Below are positions 1 to 10,334 of a stretch of 24,000 nt of DNA, in pieces; the first letter of the stretch is position 1; each line of letters begins with the position of its first letter. The translations under genes and the position numbers were made by a program. The stretch covers positions 42,447-66,446 of the forward strand of contig JBGVQS010000027.1 in NCBI GenBank assembly GCA_045127595.1, written 5' to 3'. The notes under the pieces were generated by a model. It had not been told where the DNA came from, did no database searches, and worked only from the letters and a program-made list of their open reading frames with translations. The DNA comes from Candidatus Scatosoma sp. Lineage in GTDB: Bacteria; Bacillota; Clostridia; Christensenellales; Borkfalkiaceae.

Positions 1-402
1 TATGCGATTTCCAAAGAAACGACGGCAAAAGAAGGGGAAAAGCTTGTGGGCAAAAACGCATTCGTGCTTTCTTCGGGCAATATCAAATTGATGGATTTGC
101 CCTATTGTCCGTTTGGAAAAACTTGCTCCGTATGCGATAAAAAAGAAGAATATGCGCTTAGGGACGAAAACGGGCGAATTTTCCCTGCAAAGCGTTATCT
201 TTCGGCGGACGGCGCTTGCCGTTTTGAAATCTATAATTGCGCTTCGCTTGTCGGCGTAGGGTTAAAAGGTTTTGGCAAATTATTAGATTTATCCGTTTGC
301 AAGGAAAAAGAAGGGGCGTTTTTAGCGAGAAACGACGAAGAAAAACAAAAGGAACTGTATAAAACGTATACGTCGGGACATTTTAGACGGGGCGTAGAAT
401 AA
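1..402 (+). CDS. Peptidase U32 family protein, C-terminal part (5' truncated by window edge)
   Basis: Frame 1 is open from base 1 to the stop at 402. Cys-rich CPFGKTCSVCDKK...FPAKRYL...CRFEIYNC and terminal YTSGHFRRGVE resemble U32 peptidase C-termini. Confidence 0.75.
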   Translation, partial: YAISKETTAKEGEKLVGKNAFVLSSGNIKLMDLPYCPFGKTCSVCDKKEEYALRDENGRIFPAKRYLSADGACRFEIYNCASLVGVGLKGFGKLLDLSVCKEKEGAFLARNDEEKQKELYKTYTSGHFRRGVE

Positions 403-411
403 GGAAATAGA

Positions 412-2811
412 ATGAACGCAAGAGCACTTGAAAAAACAGAACTGAATAAAATTCTTTCGCTCGTTGCGGAATACGCCGTAACGGACGGCGGAAAGCGCAA
501 AATCACGGAAACCGAACCCGCCAGCATATTGTCTGAAACGGTTCAACGTTTGCGCGTTACCGAAGAATGTATAAAACTACTCTTTACGCACGGCGTTGCG
601 AAAATAGAGAGTTTTGAAGCAATTACCGACGAGATCGGCAGGGCGAAAAAGGGCTCGGCGCTGTCTTGTGCGGAGTTGAAAAAAGCGGAAACGTTACTGC
701 GTGCTACAAGAATTGCGCATACTAGTATCTCTGCGGTCAACGACGAAGAAATCCGCTTAATGAAAGAAGAAGCGGATCGGCTTTATTATGACGCAAACTT
801 AGAAGAAGATATTTCCACAAAAATTCTCAGTGATACGGAGATCAGCGATTACGCCAGTGATAAACTGTATTCCGTGCGCCGTGAAATTCGGTTGTTGAAT
901 GAAAAAATTCGTGCTCGTCTTGCGGAATATTTAACGGGCAGCGAGGGGAAGTATTTACAAGACGGTATTGTAACAATGCGTGATAACCGTTACGTATTGC
1001 CCGTTCGCGCGGAGTATAAACGGAACATCAAAGGCTTTATCCACGACCGTTCAGCAAGCGGCGCAACTTTCTTTATCGAGCCGGAAGAAGTTTTGGAAAT
1101 GAACAACGAGCTTCGCTCTCTTGCCATTGACGAACGGGAAGAAGTAGAACGCATTTTAGGGGAATTATCCCGCCGAGTCGGCTTTATCGGCGAGGAGCTT
1201 CTTATTGATATTGAGATTTTGGAAATCATAGACGGTGCTTACGCTCGCGCGGAATACGCGTATAAGCTTTCATGCGTACGCCCTGAAATGAACGATAAGG
1301 GGATTATTTCTATCGATATGGGACGACACCCGTTAATCGATAGAAAAAAAGTCGTTCCCGTCAGTTTATCCTTGGGGAAAGAATACCGTTTTCTTTTAAT
1401 TAGCGGTCCAAATACGGGCGGTAAAACGGTAACGTTAAAAATGGTCGGGCTTTTTTCGCTTATGGCGATGTGCGGGCTTTTTATTCCTGCCAAACGAGCA
1501 ACACTCTCCATTTTTGACGAGATTTATTGCGACGTTGGGGACGCGCAAAGCATTGAAGAAAGCTTGTCCACCTTCTCGTCGCACATAACGAATATTATCG
1601 ATATCGTCAACAAAGCCAATGCCAAAAGCTTGGTATTGATTGACGAGCTTGGCGGCGGTACTGATCCAGACGAAGGGCAGGCACTTGCAAAAGCGATCGT
1701 TTCCCATCTATTGCGTACAGGTTGCGCAGGCGTTGTTACAACGCACTATACTTCTTTAAAGGAATTTGCTTTTTCCGCAAACGGTATTGAGAACGCTTGT
1801 ATGGAATTCGACAGCAATACCTTGCAACCCCTTTACGTAATCCATATCGGTTTGCCTGGGGCTAGTAACGCTTTGGCAATTTCGCGGCGTTTGGGGCTAA
1901 AAGAAAGCGTGTTGCAAGAAGCACTTTCCAACTTATCGGTAGACGCACAGCGTTTTGAAAATATCGTTCGCAGTGCCGAAGATAGCCGTATTCAAGCGGA
2001 AGAAACGTTAAAGGAATGTAATCGCTTAAAAGCGGAATGGCAAGAAAAAATCCTTGCGCTTGATAATGAACGTGATAAGCTAAAAAAAGAAAAGGAAAAA
2101 TTATACGTTTCAGCGAAAGCGGAAGCTCGACGAATTATCAACGATAAGGCGGCGGACGCGGAAGAACTCTTAAAGGAAATTGAAGAAATTTTTGCTAAGG
2201 AAAGCGTGTCTGAAGCGGATTTAATCAAGGCACGCACGTTAAAGAATAAAATCATTTCCAAAACGTACGAACAGGACGAAGAGCAGGAAACGCAAACGCA
2301 ATATTTGCCTGTCAAGGGCGAAACGCTCAAAATAGGCGCGAACGTTTTTGTGAAAACGATTCAACAGGAAGGCAACGTGCAAAACGTACGTCTTCAAAAA
2401 GAGGAAGCGGAGGTTCTTTGCGGCAATATGCGCCTGCGCTGTAAATTTTCCGATCTTGCGGTTGTAATTAAACCGAATATTACACAAACTAACGCTAAGA
2501 AAAAATATAAAATGCAGGAAAAGTCGGAGAAGGTGCAAGTAAGCAAATCTTTAACGCCGAAACCCGTTCCGACCTTGGAAATCAACGTAATCGGCAAGAC
2601 TGTTTACGAAGCGTTGCCCGACGTGGAAGCGTTTATCGATTCTGCCGTTATCGCAAACCTTTCGGAGGTCAGGATCGTACACGGCGTAGGAACAGGAAAG
2701 CTCCGCGCAGGGATTCACGAATTTTTACGAACGCACAGAAACGTGGAAGAATACCGCTTGGGTAAATACGGAGAAGGGGAAACGGGCGTAACGATCGTCA
2801 AAATCAAATAA
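412..2811 (+). CDS. mutS2: Endonuclease MutS2 (MutS-like ATPase with C-terminal Smr domain)
   Basis: 799 aa; Walker A GPNTGGKT, DELGGGTDPDEGQAL, C-terminal Smr-like VRIVHGVGTGKLRAGIHEFLRTH. Confidence 0.95.
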   Translation: MNARALEKTELNKILSLVAEYAVTDGGKRKITETEPASILSETVQRLRVTEECIKLLFTHGVAKIESFEAITDEIGRAKKGSALSCAELKKAETLLRATRIAHTSISAVNDEEIRLMKEEADRLYYDANLEEDISTKILSDTEISDYASDKLYSVRREIRLLNEKIRARLAEYLTGSEGKYLQDGIVTMRDNRYVLPVRAEYKRNIKGFIHDRSASGATFFIEPEEVLEMNNELRSLAIDEREEVERILGELSRRVGFIGEELLIDIEILEIIDGAYARAEYAYKLSCVRPEMNDKGIISIDMGRHPLIDRKKVVPVSLSLGKEYRFLLISGPNTGGKTVTLKMVGLFSLMAMCGLFIPAKRATLSIFDEIYCDVGDAQSIEESLSTFSSHITNIIDIVNKANAKSLVLIDELGGGTDPDEGQALAKAIVSHLLRTGCAGVVTTHYTSLKEFAFSANGIENACMEFDSNTLQPLYVIHIGLPGASNALAISRRLGLKESVLQEALSNLSVDAQRFENIVRSAEDSRIQAEETLKECNRLKAEWQEKILALDNERDKLKKEKEKLYVSAKAEARRIINDKAADAEELLKEIEEIFAKESVSEADLIKARTLKNKIISKTYEQDEEQETQTQYLPVKGETLKIGANVFVKTIQQEGNVQNVRLQKEEAEVLCGNMRLRCKFSDLAVVIKPNITQTNAKKKYKMQEKSEKVQVSKSLTPKPVPTLEINVIGKTVYEALPDVEAFIDSAVIANLSEVRIVHGVGTGKLRAGIHEFLRTHRNVEEYRLGKYGEGETGVTIVKIK

Positions 2812-2879
2812 AGAAAAACAAGCATATTTATATGCCCTTTGAAAATAGGATATTACGAGATTTATTTTCAGGGGGCTAT

Positions 2880-3617
2880 ATGAAAAAAAGAGTAAAATCG
2901 GTTGCGGATTTAAAGAAGAACGTTGTAACGAATTTGATTTTGAGTGTTTTGGTGCTTTCGGTTGGCGCGTTATGCCTTGCTCCCGATCGCAGCGAAATAA
3001 CGACGAAAGGGGAAACGGTGGTATACCGTTCCGCGGACGGTTCTTCGGGTGGCGTGTCCTTAATGTTCAACGTGTATTGGGGAACGGAAGAAGTTTACCG
3101 CATTTTGGATATTTTAGACGAACACGGCGCAAAATCGACCTTCTTTATCGGCGGGTGCTGGGCGGACGATAACGTCGAATGCTTAAAAACGATTGCCAAA
3201 CGTGGGCACGAGCTTGGCAATCACGGCTACTTTCATAAAGACCATAAAACTCTTGGTGTTACGGATAACCAACGGGAAATTTCCGAATGCAACCGTTTTA
3301 TCGAACTTGCAACGGGGATAAAACCGACGTTATTCGCACCCCCCTCAGGTTCATACGGGAACGATATGCTTACGGCGTGCTCCCTTTTGAAGCTGAAAAC
3401 TATTTTATGGTCAAAAGATACGATCGATTGGCGGGATAAGGATTCATCGCTCATTTATACCCGTGCGACAAAAAACGTAAAAAGCGGCGATTTTATCTTG
3501 ATGCATCCGATGAAAGAAACGGCGGATGCGCTCAATGATATTTTAAAATATTATGAAAAAAATTCTTTGAAAGTCATTACCGTATCAGAGAATTTGCAGG
3601 AGAATACAGAAAAATGA
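2880..3617 (+). CDS. Polysaccharide deacetylase (NodB/CDA1-like)
   Basis: STFFIGGCWADD, RGHELGNHGYFHKDH, FAPPSGSYG, DFILMHP motifs. Likely start ATG at 2880 preceded by AGGGGG; the ORF track start at 2832 is upstream of this. Confidence 0.88.
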   Translation: MKKRVKSVADLKKNVVTNLILSVLVLSVGALCLAPDRSEITTKGETVVYRSADGSSGGVSLMFNVYWGTEEVYRILDILDEHGAKSTFFIGGCWADDNVECLKTIAKRGHELGNHGYFHKDHKTLGVTDNQREISECNRFIELATGIKPTLFAPPSGSYGNDMLTACSLLKLKTILWSKDTIDWRDKDSSLIYTRATKNVKSGDFILMHPMKETADALNDILKYYEKNSLKVITVSENLQENTEK

Positions 3618-4852
3618 TCAACGAAAAAAAATACCCCAACGGATTGCGTTTGGTGGTAAAACAAATGCAGGGCTTACTGTCGGTAACGATGGGGATACTC
3701 GTCGGTACGGGCGGCGGTGCGGAAACGGATTCAGAAGACGGTATTTCGCATTTTATCGAACATATGCAATTTAAAGGCACGCAAAAACGCAACGCCTTTG
3801 AAATTTCCGACGCGTTCGATCGCATAGGTGCGCAAGTAAACGCATTTACGGGCAAGGATCTTACTTGTTATTATTCCAAATGCACAACCGACCATACGGC
3901 GGCATGTTTCGAGCTTTTATCCGATTTGTTCCTGTACGCCACTTTTCCCGAAGAAGAAATGGAGCGTGAAAAAGGCGTTGTTTGCGAAGAAATTTCAATG
4001 AACGAGGATTCACCTGAGGATTTATGTTTGGATTTACTTTCTCGCGCGTTTTACGGCACGAAAAATTATGGGAGAAACATTCTCGGTCCAGCTAAAAACG
4101 TAAAGGGCTTTACCGTTTCCGATATTCAACGGTATAAAAAGGCGCGGTATTGCCCTGAAAATATCGTTATTTCCTTTGCAGGCGGAATCGATATGCAAAC
4201 GGCGCAAGCGCTTGTGGAAACGTACTTTGTGGATTTACCGCAAGGGGAATACGAAGAAAGAAAACCGCAAATAACGTTTGCGCACCAGTCTTTGGTTAGA
4301 AATAAACCGATTGAACAAATGCATCTTGCCATTGCATATCCTTCCGTGCGCCGTGGAGACGAACGGGAAGATACGGTCAGCGCGTTGAACGGTATTCTCG
4401 GCGGTTCGATGAGCGCTCGTTTATTCCAAGAAGTACGCGAAAAACGCGGGCTTGCCTATTCGGTGTATTCCTATACGTCGTCTTTTCCTGAATGCGGTTC
4501 ATTGAATATTTACGCGGGCGTGAACCCTGCTAACGTAGGACAGGCATACGACGCGATTTGCAGCGTTATTAAGGAAATGCAGGAAAAGGGGATTACAGAA
4601 GAAGAATTTCTTCGTAGCCGTGAACAAATGAAGTCGGGACTCTTTTTCAGCAGCGAAAGCAGCAATGCGCAAATGCTTTTGTACGGAAAATATATGCTGT
4701 ATTTCAATAAAATTTTTGATTTTGAAGAAAAATTAAATAAAATCAATCAAATGACCTATCAAACAGCGCAGGAAACGCTTGCGACGATGTTTGATGAAAA
4801 ACAAAAGGCTTTGGCGCTTGTGGGCAATACGGATACGCCGTTATCATTCTAA
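3614..4852 (+). CDS. M16 family zinc metallopeptidase (processing-peptidase-like)
   Basis: Inverted zinc motif HFIEH, downstream ...VVCEEISMNEDSPED, and C-terminal RGLAYSVYSY signature. Confidence 0.93.
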   Translation: MINEKKYPNGLRLVVKQMQGLLSVTMGILVGTGGGAETDSEDGISHFIEHMQFKGTQKRNAFEISDAFDRIGAQVNAFTGKDLTCYYSKCTTDHTAACFELLSDLFLYATFPEEEMEREKGVVCEEISMNEDSPEDLCLDLLSRAFYGTKNYGRNILGPAKNVKGFTVSDIQRYKKARYCPENIVISFAGGIDMQTAQALVETYFVDLPQGEYEERKPQITFAHQSLVRNKPIEQMHLAIAYPSVRRGDEREDTVSALNGILGGSMSARLFQEVREKRGLAYSVYSYTSSFPECGSLNIYAGVNPANVGQAYDAICSVIKEMQEKGITEEEFLRSREQMKSGLFFSSESSNAQMLLYGKYMLYFNKIFDFEEKLNKINQMTYQTAQETLATMFDEKQKALALVGNTDTPLSF

Positions 4853-5334
4853 TGGATAGAAAGATCGGCTTTCCGCCCGTATACGATATAGAAAGCAAAG
4901 TGTTGATTTTGGGCAGTTTTCCGTCGGTGAAAAGTAGGGAAATTTCCTTTTACTACGGACACAAGCAAAACCGTTTTTGGAAAATGCTTTGCGGTTATTT
5001 TCACGAAGAAGTACCTGTGTCCACGGATTCCAAAAAGAATTTTTTATTACGAAAGAAAATCGCGCTTTGGGATATAGCGGAATCGTGCGAGATTAAAGGC
5101 TCGTCAGACGCCTCTATTAAAAATGCAAAAATCGTGGACTTGACGGAGATTTTTAATAAGGCAAATCTTCAGCGTATTCTTTTAAACGGCACGCTTGCTT
5201 ACGAGTTATTTCTTTCTCGATATAAGGAAGTGAATATTCCTTATTTGAAAATGCCCTCGACAAGCCCTGCAAATCCGCGCTATAACGAAGAACTATGGAG
5301 AAATGCTTTAGATGAAGTATTCGGAATTTCTTAA
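4852..5334 (+). CDS. DNA-deoxyinosine glycosylase-like protein (uracil-DNA glycosylase superfamily)
   Basis: VLILGSFPSVKSREISFYYGHKQNRFWKML ... LPSTSPANPRYN motifs. Confidence 0.82.
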   Translation: MDRKIGFPPVYDIESKVLILGSFPSVKSREISFYYGHKQNRFWKMLCGYFHEEVPVSTDSKKNFLLRKKIALWDIAESCEIKGSSDASIKNAKIVDLTEIFNKANLQRILLNGTLAYELFLSRYKEVNIPYLKMPSTSPANPRYNEELWRNALDEVFGIS

Positions 5335-5980
5335 TATATTGCAATCAAAAGCAGAGCCGAACTTTGCGGATTTTCAAAGGAAATTGATATTTACGAAATA
5401 CAAAATTTTAGGCGTTCGTACACCAACGCTTCGAAAGCTTGCAAAAGAATTTCAAGAAAATCTTGAAGAAGTTTTTCATTATCCCAACGAATACTATGAA
5501 GTTGTTTTTATAAAGCTGACAATGGTCTCCATGTTGCCGTATGCAAATTTTTTGGCGTATTTAGACGATAGCGTTTCGCTCATGGATAATTGGGCACTTT
5601 GCGATTCTTTTAAGGCAAAATGCATTAAAAAGCGTTTGGAGGAGTTCTTGCCCGTTTTAGATAAAATCTTTCAAAACGGCGGCGTTTATCACGTTCGATA
5701 CGTGTTGGTTACCTTGTTGTCCTTTTATTGCGACGGAAATTATTTGACGGAATTGAGCGGATATATAGTAAAAGCGGATACGTCAAAATATTACGTACAT
5801 ATGGCAGTTGCATGGCTGACTGCAGAACTTTTAATCAAACAGTATGAATATGGCGTTATCTTGTTAAAAAATAGGTGTTTTGACAAAAAAACACATAACA
5901 AAGCCATTCAAAAAGCGGTAGAAAGCTACCGTCTTTCAACAAGTCAAAAAGAGTATTTACGTACTCTAAAAATAAAATAA
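5312..5980 (+). CDS. DNA alkylation repair protein, AlkD-like HEAT-repeat glycosylase
   Basis: KYKILGVRTPTLRKLAKE, DNWALCDSFK, HVRYVLVTLLSFY typical of the AlkD family; overlaps the previous ORF by 23 bp. Confidence 0.85.
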   Translation: MKYSEFLNILQSKAEPNFADFQRKLIFTKYKILGVRTPTLRKLAKEFQENLEEVFHYPNEYYEVVFIKLTMVSMLPYANFLAYLDDSVSLMDNWALCDSFKAKCIKKRLEEFLPVLDKIFQNGGVYHVRYVLVTLLSFYCDGNYLTELSGYIVKADTSKYYVHMAVAWLTAELLIKQYEYGVILLKNRCFDKKTHNKAIQKAVESYRLSTSQKEYLRTLKIK

Positions 5981-5993
5981 AGTAAGGTAAAGT

Positions 5994-8162
5994 ATGGACA
6001 TTTTACAAACGATTACACAAGAATTTAATTTAAAGCCTATCCACGCGCAAAATATTGTTTCCTTGATCGATGAAGGGAACACAATCCCTTTTATCGCGAG
6101 ATACCGTAAAGAAATGACGGGTAGCTGCGACGACCAAGTGTTGCGTGAATTTTTTGATAGATTGACCTATCTTCGCAATCTTGAAAAACGTAAAGAAGAA
6201 GTAACGAACGCGATTACGGAGCAAGGAAAAATGACGGATGATATTCGCGCGGCTTTGGGAAAAGCGGTTACGCTTACTGAAGTGGAAGACATTTACCGCC
6301 CCTATAAGCAAAAGAGAAAAACGCGCGCTTCGGTGGCGATTGCAAAAGGTTTGCAGCCGCTTGCCGACGCAATTTTGGCGCAGGATAAAACGCTCGACGT
6401 ATCAGCGGAAGCGGAAAAATATTTATCCGACGAAGTTCCTACCGTAAAGGACGCGATCGACGGGGCGCGTGATATTATTGCGGAAATTATTTCCGACGAC
6501 GCGCAAACGCGTAAAAAGCTTCGTAATTTCTTCTTTAAGCACGGGGAAATTTCTTCCGTATACGCAAAGGGAAAAGAAGCGGAAGACGAAGTAAAAACCT
6601 ATGGAATGTACGCAGAGTATTGCGAACCCATCAGCGAAGTAAAAAGCCACCGCATTCTTGCGCTCAACCGTGGAGAAAAGGAAGAATTTTTAAAGGTATC
6701 CATTGTTGTAGATGAAGAATTTGCAAAGCGTATTACCGCGGCGAGCTTTTTAAAAGACGGCGGCGAAAGCAGCAAGATTGTTAAAGAAGCCGCGGAAGAC
6801 GGGTATACTCGCTTGATTGCGCCTTCGGTAGAACGAGAAGTCCGTGCGCAGCTTTTTGACGATGCAAGCGAGCAGGCGATTAAAATGTTTGAATTGAATT
6901 TGAAACCGCTTTTGATGCAACCGCCCGTCAAGGATAAAATTACGATGGGTTGGGACCCTGCGTTTAGAACGGGCTGCAAAATTTGTGTTGTAGACGGCAC
7001 GGGCAAGGTGCTCGATAAAACGGTTGTGTTCCCCACGCCGCCGCAAAATAAAACAGCGGAAGCGAAAGTCGTTTTAAAACAGTTGATTGCGAAACACGGG
7101 GTAGAGGTCATTTCTTGCGGAAACGGCACGGCGAGCAAGGAAAGCGAAATTTTTATCGCGGAATTGATTAAAGAAATCAAGGCGGAAACAGGCCACGAAG
7201 TCGGCTACGTAATCGTAAATGAAGCGGGCGCGTCCGTGTACTCGGCAAGCGCACTCGGCGCGGAAGAATTCCCCGATTACGACGTTACGGCAAGAAGTGC
7301 GGTATCGATTGCAAGACGTTTACAAGATCCGCTTGCGGAATTGATAAAAATCGATCCGAAATCCATCGGCGTTGGTCAATATCAGCACGATATGAATGAG
7401 AAACGTTTGGACGGTGCACTTTCGGGGGTTTTGGAAGATTGCGTAAACAGCGTTGGTGTGGATTTGAACACCGCGAGCGTTTCGCTTTTGAAATTTGTTG
7501 CGGGGCTCAATTCTTCCGTCGCGAAAAATATCGTTGCGTACCGAGAAGAAAACGGTCGTTTTAAATCGAGAAAACAGCTTTTGAAAGTGCCTAAACTCGG
7601 TGAAAAGGCGTATACGCAATGCGCAGGGTTCTTACGTATCGACGGCGGTGAAAATATCTTGGATAATACCGCAGTACACCCCGAATCGTACGCAAAAGCT
7701 GAAAAATTATTGTCCTTGTTCTCTTATACCAAAGAAGACGTAAAAGCAAGAAGAATTTCCGATTTACGCCAAAAGATTAAAGCATACGGGGAAGAAAAAG
7801 CTGCAAAAGAAACGGAACTTGACAGCGCGACCCTTTCGGATATTGTAACTGAACTTATGAAGCCAGGCAGAGATATTCGTGAAGGTTTGCCTGCGCCTAC
7901 ACTTCGCAAAGATATTATGGGTATTGAAGATTTACGGGTCGGAATGGAGCTTACCGGCACGGTACGTAACGTGGTAGACTTCGGCGCATTTATCGATATC
8001 GGCGTGCATCAAGACGGCTTGGTACATATTTCCGAAATTACGGAACGATACATTAAACACCCGTCGGAAGTTTTAAAAGTAGGGCAAATCGTGCAAGTTT
8101 GGGTAAAAGAAGTAGACGTTAAAAAGAACCGTATCGGGCTTACGATGAAAAAGAAAAAGTAA
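5994..8162 (+). CDS. tex: Tex family RNA-binding transcription accessory protein with C-terminal S1 domain
   Basis: IPFIARYRKEMTG, EDIYRPYKQKRKTRA, HhH region, GTVRNVVDFGAFIDIGVHQDGLVHIS S1 motif. Confidence 0.95.
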   Translation: MDILQTITQEFNLKPIHAQNIVSLIDEGNTIPFIARYRKEMTGSCDDQVLREFFDRLTYLRNLEKRKEEVTNAITEQGKMTDDIRAALGKAVTLTEVEDIYRPYKQKRKTRASVAIAKGLQPLADAILAQDKTLDVSAEAEKYLSDEVPTVKDAIDGARDIIAEIISDDAQTRKKLRNFFFKHGEISSVYAKGKEAEDEVKTYGMYAEYCEPISEVKSHRILALNRGEKEEFLKVSIVVDEEFAKRITAASFLKDGGESSKIVKEAAEDGYTRLIAPSVEREVRAQLFDDASEQAIKMFELNLKPLLMQPPVKDKITMGWDPAFRTGCKICVVDGTGKVLDKTVVFPTPPQNKTAEAKVVLKQLIAKHGVEVISCGNGTASKESEIFIAELIKEIKAETGHEVGYVIVNEAGASVYSASALGAEEFPDYDVTARSAVSIARRLQDPLAELIKIDPKSIGVGQYQHDMNEKRLDGALSGVLEDCVNSVGVDLNTASVSLLKFVAGLNSSVAKNIVAYREENGRFKSRKQLLKVPKLGEKAYTQCAGFLRIDGGENILDNTAVHPESYAKAEKLLSLFSYTKEDVKARRISDLRQKIKAYGEEKAAKETELDSATLSDIVTELMKPGRDIREGLPAPTLRKDIMGIEDLRVGMELTGTVRNVVDFGAFIDIGVHQDGLVHISEITERYIKHPSEVLKVGQIVQVWVKEVDVKKNRIGLTMKKKK

Positions 8163-8176
8163 TCTCTTTGAAACGC

Positions 8177-8205
8177 TTGACATATTTTGGGAAATATATT
8201 AAAAT
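8177..8205 (+). promoter_or_regulatory. Sigma-A-type promoter for acpP
   Basis: TTGACA, 17-nt spacer, TAAAAT; followed by an AGGAG-containing leader before the ATG at 8249. Confidence 0.7.
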
Positions 8206-8248
8206 AATAAGGTAAGTATTTTTACTTTAACAACGGAGGATAATTATT

Positions 8249-8476
8249 ATGTTAGAAAAAATTCAAGCAATGCTTGCAGAAGCGCTCAATTTACCTTTGG
8301 AAAAAGTAACCCCTAACGCAAAGATCGTTGACGATCTCGGCGCGGATTCGTTGGACGTTGTTGAACTTTTAAGCCAACTTGAAGACGAATATGGCATTGT
8401 TATTCCCGACGACGAAGTAGAATCGCTCGTTACGGTAGAAGACGTTGCAAATGCACTTGACAAACTTGTAAAATAA
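8249..8476 (+). CDS. acpP: Acyl carrier protein
   Basis: 75 aa with phosphopantetheine site DDLGADSLDVVELL. Confidence 0.97.
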   Translation: MLEKIQAMLAEALNLPLEKVTPNAKIVDDLGADSLDVVELLSQLEDEYGIVIPDDEVESLVTVEDVANALDKLVK

Positions 8477-8490
8477 GAAAAACGGAAAGG

Positions 8491-8524
8491 AAGGTTCATA
8501 AAGCTATGTGAACCTTTCTTTTTT
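8491..8524 (+). terminator. Rho-independent terminator after acpP
   Basis: AAGGTTCA...TGAACCTT stem followed by TCTTTTTT. Confidence 0.75.
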
Positions 8525-8617
8525 AGGTTAAATTGTGGCAAATACGGGCATAAACGTTTGCTTTAAATATTTTTATATGGTATAATTGCCAAGTAATAAA
8601 AAGAAACGGAGTGAAAC

Positions 8618-10195
8618 ATGTTACAGGTAACGGGGGTATCCCTGCAATACGGAAGTAAAAAATTATTTGAAGACGTGAATTTGAAATTTACGAAAGGCAA
8701 CTGCTACGGCATAATCGGCGCAAACGGCGCGGGAAAATCGACTTTCTTAAAAGTGCTTTCCGGGGAAATTGAACCGCAAAAAGGGTTTGTTTCCATGGAT
8801 AAAAACGAACGTATGTCCGTTTTACAGCAAAACCAAAATATGTACGATAACGAAACTGTATTGCGTACGGTAATGCTTGGTTTTAAACGCCTTGTCGAAG
8901 TGATGGATGAAAAGGACGCTTTGTACGCAAAGCCCGATTTTTCTGAAGAAGACGGGGTGCGTGCAGCCGATCTTGAAAGCGAATTTGCCGAAATGAACGG
9001 CTATGATGCGGAGTTTCAAGCGGCGCAGCTTTTAAATGCTTTGGATATTTCCGAAGATTTACATTATTGTATGATGAGCGAGTTGGACGCGAAACAAAAG
9101 GTTCGCGTGCTTTTGGCACAAGCATTATTCGGCGATCCTGACGTATTATTATTGGACGAACCTACGAACAACCTTGACATTAAGACGGTGCGTTGGTTGG
9201 AAAACTATTTAATGGATTTTGAAAACACGATTATTATCGTATCGCACAATCGACACTTCTTAAACAAGGTTTGTACCAACATTTGCGACGTGGATTTCGG
9301 GAAAATCAATATGTACGTGGGTAACTACGATTTTTGGTATCAAACGAGCCAACTCCTTGCCCGCCAACAAAAGGAACAGAATAAGAAAGCGGAACAACGC
9401 GCGAAAGAATTGCAAGAATTTATCGCTCGCTTTGCCGCAAACGCGTCAAAATCCCGTCAAGCAACTTCGCGTAAAAAAGAACTTGAAAAGCTCACGATCA
9501 ACGATTTTAAACCGTCTTTGCGTAAATATCCCTATATCGATTTTAAATTCGAAAAAGATATTGGGAACGACATTTTAATCGTAGAAGATTTGACGAAAGA
9601 AGGCTATTTTGAAAAGCTTTCGTTTACCGTACAAAAGGGCGAAAAAATCGGTATCGTTTCGGATAAGAGTACTACGCTTACCATGCTTTACGATATTTTG
9701 ATGGGCAAGGAACAACCCGATTCGGGTACGATTAAATGGGGGAAGACCATTTCCGTTTCCTATTTCCCGCAAAATAATAACGAATACTTTATCAATTGCG
9801 ATTTGAATCTTGTCGAGTGGCTTTCGCAATTCTCCAACGACCATTACGAAGAATATTTGCGTGGCTGGCTTGGTAGAATGCTCTTTTCAGGGGAAGAAGC
9901 TCTCAAAAAAGCAAAAGTGCTTTCTGGGGGCGAAAAAGTTCGCTGTATGCTTGCGAAAATGATGCTTGAAGGCAGCAATTTCCTGATTTTTGACGAACCG
10001 ACCAACCACCTTGACTTGGAATCGATTACGGCGCTCAATAACGGTTTAACCAACTATAAAGGCTGCATGTTGTTGACTTCTCACGACCAAGAATTGATGA
10101 ATACCGTTGCAAACCGTATCATCGAACTCAATAACGTGAAAACGTACGATAGACAGGTTACTTACGACGAATATATCGACGAGACGCACGCTTAA
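8618..10195 (+). CDS. ABC-F family ATP-binding protein (two tandem ATPase domains)
   Basis: GANGAGKST, LLLDEPTNNLDI, MLEGSNFLIFDEPTNHLDLES; no transmembrane region. Confidence 0.93.
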   Translation: MLQVTGVSLQYGSKKLFEDVNLKFTKGNCYGIIGANGAGKSTFLKVLSGEIEPQKGFVSMDKNERMSVLQQNQNMYDNETVLRTVMLGFKRLVEVMDEKDALYAKPDFSEEDGVRAADLESEFAEMNGYDAEFQAAQLLNALDISEDLHYCMMSELDAKQKVRVLLAQALFGDPDVLLLDEPTNNLDIKTVRWLENYLMDFENTIIIVSHNRHFLNKVCTNICDVDFGKINMYVGNYDFWYQTSQLLARQQKEQNKKAEQRAKELQEFIARFAANASKSRQATSRKKELEKLTINDFKPSLRKYPYIDFKFEKDIGNDILIVEDLTKEGYFEKLSFTVQKGEKIGIVSDKSTTLTMLYDILMGKEQPDSGTIKWGKTISVSYFPQNNNEYFINCDLNLVEWLSQFSNDHYEEYLRGWLGRMLFSGEEALKKAKVLSGGEKVRCMLAKMMLEGSNFLIFDEPTNHLDLESITALNNGLTNYKGCMLLTSHDQELMNTVANRIIELNNVKTYDRQVTYDEYIDETHA

Positions 10196-10210
10196 ACGAC
10201 AAATAAAACG

Positions 10211-10250
10211 AAAAGACAACGGTTATTTCTTCATCGTTGTCTTTTATTTT
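10211..10250. terminator. Bidirectional-looking terminator after the ABC-F gene
   Basis: AAAAGACAACG...CGTTGTCTTTT inverted repeat with a T-rich tail. Confidence 0.75.
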
Positions 10251-10256
10251 ACCTTC

Positions 10257-10263
10257 TTCGACA
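10257..10263 (-). promoter_or_regulatory. Candidate Spo0A box (0A box)
   Basis: TTCGACA on + strand, i.e. TGTCGAA on - strand, a perfect 7-mer match to the 0A consensus upstream of the spo0A-like gene. Confidence 0.5.
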
Positions 10264-10265
10264 AT

Positions 10266-10329
10266 ATTTTACAATATTATTGAAAAATAGTCATAAAATA
10301 TTAAAAAATATTTTTCAATATTGTAAAAT
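10266..10329. repeat. AT-rich inverted repeat upstream of the spo0A-like gene
   Basis: ATTTTACAATATT (10266-10278) and its exact reverse complement AATATTGTAAAAT (10317-10329), with further GAAAAATA/TATTTTTC pairing inside. Confidence 0.75.
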
Positions 10330-10334
10330 AATGC

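Noticed and set aside
8618-10195. ABC-F protein as a specific antibiotic resistance determinant
   Set aside because: Sequence alone supports a generic ABC-F ATPase (Uup/YbiT/EttA-like layout); no basis to assign resistance.
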